Below are positions 33,555 to 41,860 of a stretch of DNA of 64,000 nt, piece after piece. Position 1 is the first letter of the stretch; each line of letters begins with the position of its first letter. The notes beneath the pieces are model-generated. The model did no database searches and was not told where the DNA came from. It worked only from the letters and a program-made list of their open reading frames with translations. Position numbers and translations under genes: made by a program. The DNA comes from Bacteroidota bacterium (GTDB taxonomy: Bacteria; Bacteroidota; Ignavibacteria; UBA10030; UBA6906): NCBI GenBank assembly GCA_030835135.1, contig JAUQWO010000020.1, forward strand, positions 379 through 64,378, read 5' to 3'.

Positions 33555-34514
33555 ATGACTGTCGATGCGGCAAGTGAACCCAGACAGCGAACAGGAATAG
33601 ATGTTGCTGGTATCTTTCGACGCTATCCAGTGACATCAAAGATCACTGGTGGTCCGCTGGACTTTCCAGAGATCGAGAGTCCCTTTCATTCATTGTATCG
33701 CAATACTGCCGTTCCTTTGGAGACAAGACGCTGGAGTTTCCATACCCTGCGTCGTTCTTGCATCGACATATCCTGGTATACAGCCTTTGCGGGTTACTGG
33801 CACAACGTCCTGGGGAATCGACCGATGTGGGGACCTCATGACTTCTTCTCAACGCGCCATGAGTATCGTATGAAATTCGGATCGCTTGAAGTGGAAGACG
33901 GCGTGGATGCAAACGGGCATCTGGCAGCATGGCAACGTCCGGAGACAGCATCGTTGCTGCTCCATTGTGTCAACAAGCAGATCGAAGTCGATTGCCTGAA
34001 TACCGTGACACTCATTGAAAAGATGGCAGGATCGTTCCACAATCTTACGATGCTTGAGTTTGGCTGCAGCACTGCACCGGTTCTTGACACGATCTTTGAT
34101 TTCTATCCCATGCCATCGTCGATGAAATACTTCATCGCCGACCTGGAAGCCCTTCCGTTTCATTATGGAGCATACAAGTATCGGCAGTGCGCGAATGTTA
34201 TCCCGTTGCCCCTCTCTCCTGTCGATGATTTTGCGCTCCACTGTCCCGGGTCGTGTGATGTCATTTTCTGTCATGCAGTGTTCGAGCATCTCAACATGCC
34301 GTTGAAGACCGTTCAGAGCTTCACCGATACGCTGAAGCGTGGCGGCGTATTGTCGTTTGACTATATCAAGAGCGATGGGGCAGGCTATGACACCGTTCAT
34401 GGCGCGCGGGAACGTGCCATGGTGCTGGATCACATCACAGACAACTACAATATCATCGTTGGACAGGTGACGAAAGAAGAGTCGATCGGTCTGACCTTCG
34501 CCCAGAAGCGTTAG
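33555..34514 (+). CDS. Class I SAM-dependent methyltransferase
   Basis: Motif I is TMLEFGCSTAPVLD and a post-I motif is KRGGVLSFDY. The gene lies in a low-GC patch. Confidence 0.55.
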   Translation: MTVDAASEPRQRTGIDVAGIFRRYPVTSKITGGPLDFPEIESPFHSLYRNTAVPLETRRWSFHTLRRSCIDISWYTAFAGYWHNVLGNRPMWGPHDFFSTRHEYRMKFGSLEVEDGVDANGHLAAWQRPETASLLLHCVNKQIEVDCLNTVTLIEKMAGSFHNLTMLEFGCSTAPVLDTIFDFYPMPSSMKYFIADLEALPFHYGAYKYRQCANVIPLPLSPVDDFALHCPGSCDVIFCHAVFEHLNMPLKTVQSFTDTLKRGGVLSFDYIKSDGAGYDTVHGARERAMVLDHITDNYNIIVGQVTKEESIGLTFAQKR

Positions 34515-34662
34515 TACGAAGTACGCACCAGCGGTGCGATACTCCGTGTGATCGCTTCGGGGATCACTCTGCACCTGGGAGAACCGTCCCCTACCGGGCT
34601 TCCTGGACCCAATGACCATCAGAGTGTGCTTTCCGTTCCATTGAAGGAGGGAGCAATTCCCC

Positions 34663-35100
34663 ATGAATACAAAGGGACTCATCAGCGACTATATTGCCGG
34701 TCTACCCGAACCCAAGCGGAGCGATATGCAGACACTGCACCGCACAATTCTGGCGGTTATGCCGAAGTGCAAACTCTGGTTCCTGGACGGCAGGGATGAT
34801 ACAGGTACGATCGTCTCGAATCCCAACATTGGATATGGAACTCAGATACGGACGTACGCGAACGGAAATACGAAAGAGTTCTATCAGATCGGTATCAGTG
34901 CGAACACCTCGGGGATCTCCGTGTACATCCTCGGAATCGACGACAAGAAATACCTCGCCCGGACGTACGGAAAGACCCTCGGCAAAGCAAGCATCACGGG
35001 GTATTGTATCAAATTTCGAAAGCTCGCAGACATACGGATCGATGTCCTTGAAGATGCGATACGGGACGGGATCAAGCAGGCCAGGGTCCATCATGATTGA
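34663..35100 (+). CDS. DUF1801 (YdhG-like) domain protein
   Basis: The DUF1801-like N-terminus (DYIAGLPEPKRSDMQTLHRTILAVMPKCK) is recognised from memory. It lies in the low-GC patch. Confidence 0.5.
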   Translation: MNTKGLISDYIAGLPEPKRSDMQTLHRTILAVMPKCKLWFLDGRDDTGTIVSNPNIGYGTQIRTYANGNTKEFYQIGISANTSGISVYILGIDDKKYLARTYGKTLGKASITGYCIKFRKLADIRIDVLEDAIRDGIKQARVHHD

Positions 35101-35293
35101 CAGTGGGGACCACACAATTGCGGGGTGAGAGCCACGTATTCCGGCGCTGGGAAGACAGGCCTATGATCGGGGTTCCCGGCGCCAGTGTCCCAGAGTGGGA
35201 ACTCTTCCCGCCAACTCTCTCGTTGATCATTGCACGGCGTTCTCTACCCACGCCTGGTGGTCAGCTCCCTCCACAACTCTACGGAGTCATCTT

Positions 35294-35728
35294 ATGCACA
35301 AGGTCCTGCGCTTTGCTGCAGCGGTGATAGTCGGCCTCATCGTGGGAAGTGTGGTCAATATGGGTCTCATCATGATCGGCCCGAAACTGATCCCACCGCC
35401 ACCTGGCGGTGACATCACCACGATGGAAGGCTTGAAGGCGACCATGCATCTCTTCGAGCCGCAACACTTCATCTTTCCGTTCCTGGCACACGCGCTGGGC
35501 ACCGTGACTGGTGCATTCGTCGCACGGCTTCTCGCCCCCGGCAAGTCAACAGTCCCGTCCTATGTAGTCGGGGCGTTGTTTCTCGCAGGCGGCATCGCCA
35601 ACGTGATGATGCTCCCGGCACCCATGTGGTTCAATGTCGTGGATCTGGCGCTCGCGTATCTCCCGGCAGCATGGCTGGGGCAGAAACTCGCCGGCAACCC
35701 GGCTCCTCCTGTGCCGAACGCGCTATGA
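35294..35728 (+). CDS. Hypothetical membrane protein
   Basis: The ATG at 35294 is in frame within the longer ORF. Four predicted transmembrane helices are present. Confidence 0.45.
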   Translation: MHKVLRFAAAVIVGLIVGSVVNMGLIMIGPKLIPPPPGGDITTMEGLKATMHLFEPQHFIFPFLAHALGTVTGAFVARLLAPGKSTVPSYVVGALFLAGGIANVMMLPAPMWFNVVDLALAYLPAAWLGQKLAGNPAPPVPNAL

Positions 35729-35813
35729 GACGTGATCATCCCAGGGCAGAAGAGGCACGCATGATGAGCGATCACCCACGAACGAACGTCCGATTCGGGA
35801 ACAAGGTGTCGGC

Positions 35814-36611
35814 ATGAGCACGGTCCGTATCGCCCTTGCGAATATTCGCGTGCCCGCGACGCCGGAAGAATCCGTGCGACTGGCAAGAACTGCGATCGCG
35901 GAGGCGGGCAGCACCGGCGCATTGGTTGTGTGTTTTCCCGAGTGCTTCGTTCCGGGATACCGTTGGCCGGGCGGCACGATGCCCCCGCCGGATCCTGTCT
36001 TCCTTCAGCGTGCGCTGGAGGATGTTGCGACCGCAGCCCGGGCAGCGCGCATAACGGTGATCCTTGGCACGGAGAGGGTAACAGACCGGGGTTTGCAGAT
36101 CACGGCGTGCGTGATCGATGCGGACGGCACGGTTGCCGGGTGGCAGGACAAAGCACAGCTCGATCCATCGGAAGAGACCACGTATCCTTCACGTGCAACG
36201 GAGCGCCGGGTCTTCACTGCCGGCGCATTGACGTTTGGTGTGGTGATCTGTCATGAAGGCTGGCGGTATCCCGAGACGGTGCGCTGGGCGGTGCGACGGG
36301 GTGCGCAGGTGGTATTCCACCCGCACGCGCATATTGCCGAGCCCGGAAGCTATCGCCCTGCCACATTCGCCGATCCCGCCAACACTTTCCATGAAAAGGC
36401 TGTGCTCTGCCGCGCAGCGGAGAACACATGCTACTTCGCATCGGTGAACTGCGCAAGCCCGGGTTCCGGGACCACATCGGCCATCGCACGTCCTGATGGC
36501 ACGTTGCTGTGCTATCAGCCGTATGGTCAGGAAGGGCTGCTTGTGGCGGACCTCGATCTGAGTCTCGCGACGGGTCTGCTTGCATCACGGTGCCGCACAT
36601 CGGCACTGTAG
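35814..36611 (+). CDS. Carbon-nitrogen hydrolase (nitrilase superfamily) protein
   Basis: The catalytic Glu is in CFPECFVPGY and the catalytic Cys is in FGVVICHEGWRYPE. Confidence 0.8.
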   Translation: MSTVRIALANIRVPATPEESVRLARTAIAEAGSTGALVVCFPECFVPGYRWPGGTMPPPDPVFLQRALEDVATAARAARITVILGTERVTDRGLQITACVIDADGTVAGWQDKAQLDPSEETTYPSRATERRVFTAGALTFGVVICHEGWRYPETVRWAVRRGAQVVFHPHAHIAEPGSYRPATFADPANTFHEKAVLCRAAENTCYFASVNCASPGSGTTSAIARPDGTLLCYQPYGQEGLLVADLDLSLATGLLASRCRTSAL

Positions 36612-36753
36612 ATCCTGCAGTCCGTGGTTTCGGCATCGTGCCAACGGGGCGGCACGAAGAGAGGGGGTCTCCGTTGCCTCATGTAAGTTACTATTCGGTG
36701 TCTTGACAAGGGCCGTGTCGTGGCGTACATTGACACGTACCTTCGAGAAGCTG

Positions 36754-37284
36754 ATGACATCCATCCGGCAAGCCGTATCCTCCGACGCGAGCGCTCTTGC
36801 CGTACTGGCCGAGCGAACCTTCCGCGACACGTTCGAAGCGATGAATAGCGCTGACGATATGGCGATGCACTGTTCGCTCACGTACGGTGAAGCCCAGCAG
36901 TTGGCCGAGATCTCCTACCCCGCGATGCACACGCTGGTATGCGAAGAGAACGGTCACTTGATCGCGTTCGCACAACTGCGCTGGGACCATGCTCCGGCGT
37001 GTGTTGTGGGGAAGCAGCCCGGAGAGATCCAGCGGTTGTATGTTGACCGCCCCTGGCATGGCAAGGGCATCGCCCAGACGCTGATGGCCGCGTGTCTGAG
37101 GGAGTTGGAAGCACGCGCCTGCGATGTTGTGTGGCTTGGTGTGTGGGAGCGGAACTGGCGGGCGCAGGCATTCTACCGCAAGTTCGGATTCACCGAGGTA
37201 GGTGATCATGTCTTCATGCTGGGGTCGGATGCTCAACGGGACCTCATCCTGATCCGATCGGTAGACAGCGCGCATGGATCATGA
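36754..37284 (+). CDS. GNAT family N-acetyltransferase
   Basis: The acetyl-CoA motif is QRLYVDRPWHGKGIAQTLM. The ATG is internal to the longer ORF. Confidence 0.8.
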   Translation: MTSIRQAVSSDASALAVLAERTFRDTFEAMNSADDMAMHCSLTYGEAQQLAEISYPAMHTLVCEENGHLIAFAQLRWDHAPACVVGKQPGEIQRLYVDRPWHGKGIAQTLMAACLRELEARACDVVWLGVWERNWRAQAFYRKFGFTEVGDHVFMLGSDAQRDLILIRSVDSAHGS

Positions 37285-37485
37285 ACAGGATCCGTGAGCG
37301 CGTCCCGGCGCTGAGGCACGAGGGCTGAATTGACAATACCGCGCTGCTGCTGTATCTTGCAGCATTACCACGTGGGGGAATATTGGGAATGCATATGCCT
37401 CTTGTCCGGAAGTCGTGGATGAGGGGCATTTGTGCTTCAATGTGTGGGGCGGATCAATCTGGAAGTCCAATACGGGAAGAGCGAC

Positions 37486-37851
37486 ATGAGGGTGGAGAAG
37501 GTCACGCTTGCAGAGAAGTTCGCTCTGTTCACGACACACTGGGATCCAAAGATCGTCGGTGCGTTGAACGGTCAGCATGTGAAACTCGTGAAGTTCCAGG
37601 GGCCGTTCGTCTGGCATCATCATGATGCAGAGGACGAACTGTTCCTTGTGGTGCGCGGGAGCTTCACGATGCAATTCCGTGACCGTTCGGTGGAGCTGCG
37701 GGAAGGGGAGTTGATCATCGTCCCCCGTGGCGTGGAGCACTGTCCGGACGCGAAGGAAGAAGTGCAGGTGCTGCTGTTCGAGCCGGCAGCGACCGTGAAT
37801 ACCGGGAGCACGCCGGGAGAGAAGACGGTGAACGAACCGGAGTGGATCTGA
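37486..37851 (+). CDS. Cupin-domain protein
   Basis: The His-containing cupin motifs are FVWHHHDAEDELFLVVRG and IIVPRGVEHCPDA. Confidence 0.7.
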   Translation: MRVEKVTLAEKFALFTTHWDPKIVGALNGQHVKLVKFQGPFVWHHHDAEDELFLVVRGSFTMQFRDRSVELREGELIIVPRGVEHCPDAKEEVQVLLFEPAATVNTGSTPGEKTVNEPEWI

Positions 37852-37920
37852 AAGGGTGACGATCTGCCCCCCCGGGGCAGGAGTGGATCACTATCACAGT
37901 TCACAAGGGGGATCACAACC

Positions 37921-38346
37921 ATGAACAAGATCCTGCTGAGTCTTCTTCTGCTGGCCCTCCTTCCCGGTCTCGCCGGTTCAGGTGATAAGGGCGTATTGCG
38001 GGGTTCGGTGCGGAGCATGGAGACGCGTGAGTTGCTGGAGCAGACCGCCATCGTGTTCTTTCACATGGCGGATACAGTGCGCGAAAGAACCGTGATCTCA
38101 CATTCGGGGCTGTTCGTGGTCCTCGATATGCCCCCGGGAACGTACCGTGCCCGCGTCACGCACGAGGGACACCATGCGTTCATGAGTCCGGTGTTCCATG
38201 TGAAGGCCGACAGTGCCCTGAGTCTGAACTTCTTCCTCAAGCCACTCGTCGTGGCGGGCGATACTCTCGGGACCGTGCGCATCGGCAAACCGGGGGTCGA
38301 TTACAAGATGAAGGTCGTCAAACCCGAACCGGGAACGTACCGATAG
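37921..38346 (+). CDS. Secreted carboxypeptidase-regulatory-like (CarbopepD_reg) domain protein
   Basis: A signal peptide is present. The segment LRGSV...PPGTYRARVTHEG has the pattern of the CarboxypepD_reg fold. Confidence 0.5.
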   Translation: MNKILLSLLLLALLPGLAGSGDKGVLRGSVRSMETRELLEQTAIVFFHMADTVRERTVISHSGLFVVLDMPPGTYRARVTHEGHHAFMSPVFHVKADSALSLNFFLKPLVVAGDTLGTVRIGKPGVDYKMKVVKPEPGTYR

Positions 38347-38409
38347 TCCTGGTGCGCGCCGTACTCTTTGCCGGGGGCCACCGCTCCCGCTTACGAAAGG
38401 ACACACGCC

Positions 38410-38916
38410 ATGCGGGCACTGTTGGTCTTCTGTCTCGCGGGCATCGGGCTTCTGAATGCCTGCACCGACTCCACCTCTCCCGGTCTCTTCAGGGAACTCG
38501 CGATCCATACATTGCAGGACACCACACTTTCCGCCTTCGCGGTCTGGGGGATGCCGCTGGATAGTCTGAAGCTGTCATCGAAGCCATTCTTCACCATTGA
38601 TGACGTCACGTCGTATCGATGGAGCACGCATGAGTTCACGGTGAGCGCGGCTGTGGATTCACAACTCGCCGCACTGAAATGGGTCCACGGGCATACTGGT
38701 GGCGTACCGTTCGTTGTGGTTGTGGACGGGGAAAAGATCTACCTCGGGGCATTCTGGTATGCCTACTCGTCTCTGATGCCGCAGGTGCCGTACATCGATG
38801 TGATCCTCGAGCCTCACAAGATCCGGTATTCCGCCAGCTCACAGTGGGTCGACGACAAACGCTCGGACCCGCGTATCTACCAGGTGCTCAAGTCCGCAGG
38901 TATCTTGATAGAATAG
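38410..38916 (+). CDS. Hypothetical lipoprotein
   Basis: A signal peptide and lipobox (GLLNAC) are present. Nothing else is recognisable. Confidence 0.45.
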   Translation: MRALLVFCLAGIGLLNACTDSTSPGLFRELAIHTLQDTTLSAFAVWGMPLDSLKLSSKPFFTIDDVTSYRWSTHEFTVSAAVDSQLAALKWVHGHTGGVPFVVVVDGEKIYLGAFWYAYSSLMPQVPYIDVILEPHKIRYSASSQWVDDKRSDPRIYQVLKSAGILIE

Positions 38917-38937
38917 GACACAAGGGCCTCGACGACC

Positions 38938-39459
38938 ATGAACATACCATTTCAATTTCTCGGTGCATGCTTTCTCGCGTGTCTTGCAGTGCGAGACACG
39001 TACGAACTGTTGAAGGAGGCGGGGAGGATCAAAGAAGGAAACAGGCCGGCATTCATCATCGTGTTCCTTGCGATGGGGGGCCTGTGGACATCGTGGTTCC
39101 TTCTGTGTCCGGAGGACCCATACCAGCTCGGTCTCCCCTCCGTGGTCCAATGGACCGGACAGCTCATAGCGATCATGGGGACGATCCTTGCTGTCGGTGC
39201 GCTCATCCAGTTGCGCGGACTCGAGGGCATCGATCATCTGGTCACGCGCGGGCTGTTCAAACGGTTCCGGCACCCGATGTACCTCGGATTCATCCTGTGG
39301 ATCGTCGGATGGGGCATTGCCCATGACGCAGGGGCGGGGCTTCTACTCGGGGTGCCGGCCCTGGCGAGCATCCTGTGGTGGCGGCATCTGGAGGACCGGC
39401 GGCTGGGAGCGCAGTTCGGTGAGGCGTACCGGGAGTACAAGCAGAGCACGTGGTTCTAA
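38938..39459 (+). CDS. Isoprenylcysteine carboxyl methyltransferase (ICMT/PEMT) family protein
   Basis: The family motif is LVTRGLFKRFRHPMYLGFIL...EDRRLGAQFGEAYREY. Confidence 0.75.
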   Translation: MNIPFQFLGACFLACLAVRDTYELLKEAGRIKEGNRPAFIIVFLAMGGLWTSWFLLCPEDPYQLGLPSVVQWTGQLIAIMGTILAVGALIQLRGLEGIDHLVTRGLFKRFRHPMYLGFILWIVGWGIAHDAGAGLLLGVPALASILWWRHLEDRRLGAQFGEAYREYKQSTWF

Positions 39460-39475
39460 GATCAAGGAGACCGCG

Positions 39476-39907
39476 ATGACATTCAGGGCCGTGGCCACGA
39501 TCACCTCCGTTCTTCTCTTGATCCTTGGAGCGGGGTACCTTTTTGCTGGTGGGACGGTGGTCGGACGCTGGGACCTTCCAGCCACCGATGAGGTCTTGCT
39601 GGTAGCACGGCGGATCGGAGCGATCTACCTCGGTCTCTCCGTCCTGTTCTTCATGGCGAAGAATGTGCCCGCTTCGGCAGCCAGAACCGCCATGACCGCT
39701 GGCGCGATGGTGGTGCTTTCACTGCTGGCGATCCTCGGCGTGTATGAGTTCGTGGCGGGACGCGTAGGTGCGGGGATATTCGTCAGTGCCGGGATCGAAT
39801 TGCTCCTTGCCATCGGATTCACCGTCGTACTGATCTCCGATCGGAGGGAAAGTGCGAGTCTCGCCGCACCTGGCGATGAGATGTCGGACCGCCAGGACTC
39901 TCAGTGA
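39476..39907 (+). CDS. Hypothetical membrane protein
   Basis: Four transmembrane helices are predicted. The ATG is internal to the longer ORF. Confidence 0.45.
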   Translation: MTFRAVATITSVLLLILGAGYLFAGGTVVGRWDLPATDEVLLVARRIGAIYLGLSVLFFMAKNVPASAARTAMTAGAMVVLSLLAILGVYEFVAGRVGAGIFVSAGIELLLAIGFTVVLISDRRESASLAAPGDEMSDRQDSQ

Positions 39908-40007
39908 CATATCCTGAGCTTGACGCGAAACCCGCATGTCGCGGGAGAGTACGATATCAACAAGAAATGGCACGACGCGTCGTGGTCACAGCAGCGGCTG
40001 GAAACGA

Positions 40008-41054
40008 ATGGTGACCGGCACAAGATACTCTTCACTGATCGTCTATTACTTCTCCGGAACGGGAAATGCCCGCAACGTTGCTGCATGGCTCTGTGCGGTG
40101 GCCGCAACGAAGCAGATGCCCTGCCGGATGGTCAACATTGCGGATGTGGACCGGCGAAAGATCGAAGCGCCTGATCCGGACGCACTCGTGGCTTTCGTCT
40201 CCCCGGTGCACGGTTTCAACTACCCGCCCATCATGGTCCACGTTCTGTATCACTTCCCGAAGGGGAGGAACGACGTCCTCCTGCTGAACACGCGCGCGGG
40301 CATGAAGATCGGGAACATCGTAACGCCGGGGTTGAGCGGTGTGACGTTCTACCTGGCGTCGTTGTTTCTGCTGCTGAAGGGATACGCCATCACTGCGTGG
40401 TATCCCATCAACCTTCCATCCAATTGGATGTCCCTGCACCCTGCGCTCAACAGGCGGACCGTGGACTTTCTGTACGCGAAATACAAACCGAAGGTCGAGG
40501 CTCTGGTGGCGCGCGCGCTCGAGGGAGGAAGGAATTACAAGGGACTCATGGAGATCGTGCAGGACCTTGCCATCGCACCGATCGCGCTCGGGTACTATTT
40601 CGTCGGACGGTTCTTCTTTGCCAAGTCGTTCTATGCCTCCCGGGCGTGCGACGACTGTGGTGTGTGCATCAAGGGATGCCCCGTACAGGCCATCAAGGAG
40701 ATCGATGGTCGTCCATTCTGGACCTTCAGCTGTGAGAGCTGCATGAAGTGCATGAGCAAGTGTCCGAAGAAGGCGATCGAGACGGCACACGGATTCATCG
40801 GGGCCCAGCTGGTCCTGTTCTACGCGGTCCTCGTAGGAGTCCTGTATACGCTTGTGCCGGCGGGTGCAGGCATTGCGCATGACACCATTGCGGGGTTCAT
40901 CGCCGAGACCCTCCTGATGCTGGGCTCGCTCGGGATCCTCTACTACCTGCTGCACCGTCTCCTGCGGATACCGGTCATAGAGAGGGTGATCGTGTTCACC
41001 TCTCTGACGTCCTACCGGTTCTGGGGTGGACGGTACCGCGCGCCGAAGTCGTAA
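40008..41054 (+). CDS. EFR1-family ferredoxin (flavodoxin-like domain plus 2x[4Fe-4S])
   Basis: A flavodoxin-like N-terminus (IVYYFSGTGNARNVA) is present. Two cluster motifs follow (CDDCGVCIKGCP and CESCMKCMSKCP), then C-terminal transmembrane helices. Confidence 0.65.
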   Translation: MVTGTRYSSLIVYYFSGTGNARNVAAWLCAVAATKQMPCRMVNIADVDRRKIEAPDPDALVAFVSPVHGFNYPPIMVHVLYHFPKGRNDVLLLNTRAGMKIGNIVTPGLSGVTFYLASLFLLLKGYAITAWYPINLPSNWMSLHPALNRRTVDFLYAKYKPKVEALVARALEGGRNYKGLMEIVQDLAIAPIALGYYFVGRFFFAKSFYASRACDDCGVCIKGCPVQAIKEIDGRPFWTFSCESCMKCMSKCPKKAIETAHGFIGAQLVLFYAVLVGVLYTLVPAGAGIAHDTIAGFIAETLLMLGSLGILYYLLHRLLRIPVIERVIVFTSLTSYRFWGGRYRAPKS

Positions 41055-41062
41055 CAGCCGCT

Positions 41063-41623
41063 CTACACCTTGAGCATGCCCCGGAACCCGCGGGCGGCGT
41101 AGTACGACTCGGCGCCATTATGATAGAGGAAGACGGTATCGTACCGGCGGTCGCAGAAGAGCGCGCCGCCAAGCCTCCGGATCGCGGGAGGGGTGCGCAC
41201 CCAGCTCGACGTCTTGAGATCAAAGGCGCCGAGCGTCTGGAGTTCGCGGTACTGTTCTTCCGTCAGGATCTCGATGCCCATGGCCGCGGCCACATCCATG
41301 GCATTGTTCGCCGGCTTGTTCTCCTTCCTCGTCTGCAGCGCTTCGCGGTCGTAGCACAGGCTGCGTCGCCCCGCGGGGCTCTCCGCCGAACAATCAAAGA
41401 AGATGAATTCGCGGGTCTTCGGATCGAACCCCACCACATCCGGCTCCCCGCCGCTCTGTTCCATCTCATGGAGTGACCAGAGCCGTTCCTTGCTCGCCTC
41501 GAGCCTGGACTGTACATCGGTCCAATTAATAGATTTATGACGCGGCATGTTCTTCTCGAAGCGGATCCTCAGCACATCGATGACGGAATCGCGCCGGTCT
41601 GCGGGCAGAGCTCTTTTGGCCAT
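41063..41623 (-). CDS. DUF4256-domain protein
   Basis: The start is MAKRALPADRRDSV. The conserved core WSLHEMEQSGGEPDVVG...FFDCSAESPAGRRSLCYDREAL...GAESYYAARGFRG was recalled as DUF4256. The longer ORF extension to 41881 is rejected. Confidence 0.6.
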   Translation of the reverse strand: MAKRALPADRRDSVIDVLRIRFEKNMPRHKSINWTDVQSRLEASKERLWSLHEMEQSGGEPDVVGFDPKTREFIFFDCSAESPAGRRSLCYDREALQTRKENKPANNAMDVAAAMGIEILTEEQYRELQTLGAFDLKTSSWVRTPPAIRRLGGALFCDRRYDTVFLYHNGAESYYAARGFRGMLKV

Positions 41624-41860
41624 AGGCTGTGGAATGTGATCTGTGAAGTGAAAGGCGCCGCATGTTCTGCCAATGTGTGGGAGCATGCCGGCGCGTGCTT
41701 GTTTAGAGAACACCACACAGGGGGCAGCATGTTCCTGGTGTGAAGCATATCCCGGTGCCCCTTGCAGGAATACCTCAATTGCGTTATTGCCGTTCAGGGC
41801 ATCGCGGAGTATATTGAGCAACATTCCCTCTTCTTGCCCGCATATGCTTCGGGAGGCCTT

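Noticed and set aside
37285-37485. Sigma70-like promoter TTGACA-17-TATCTT upstream of the cupin gene
   Set aside because: FCB-group bacteria generally use a different promoter consensus (TTTG/TAnnTTTG). A single hexamer match in 200 bp is not significant.
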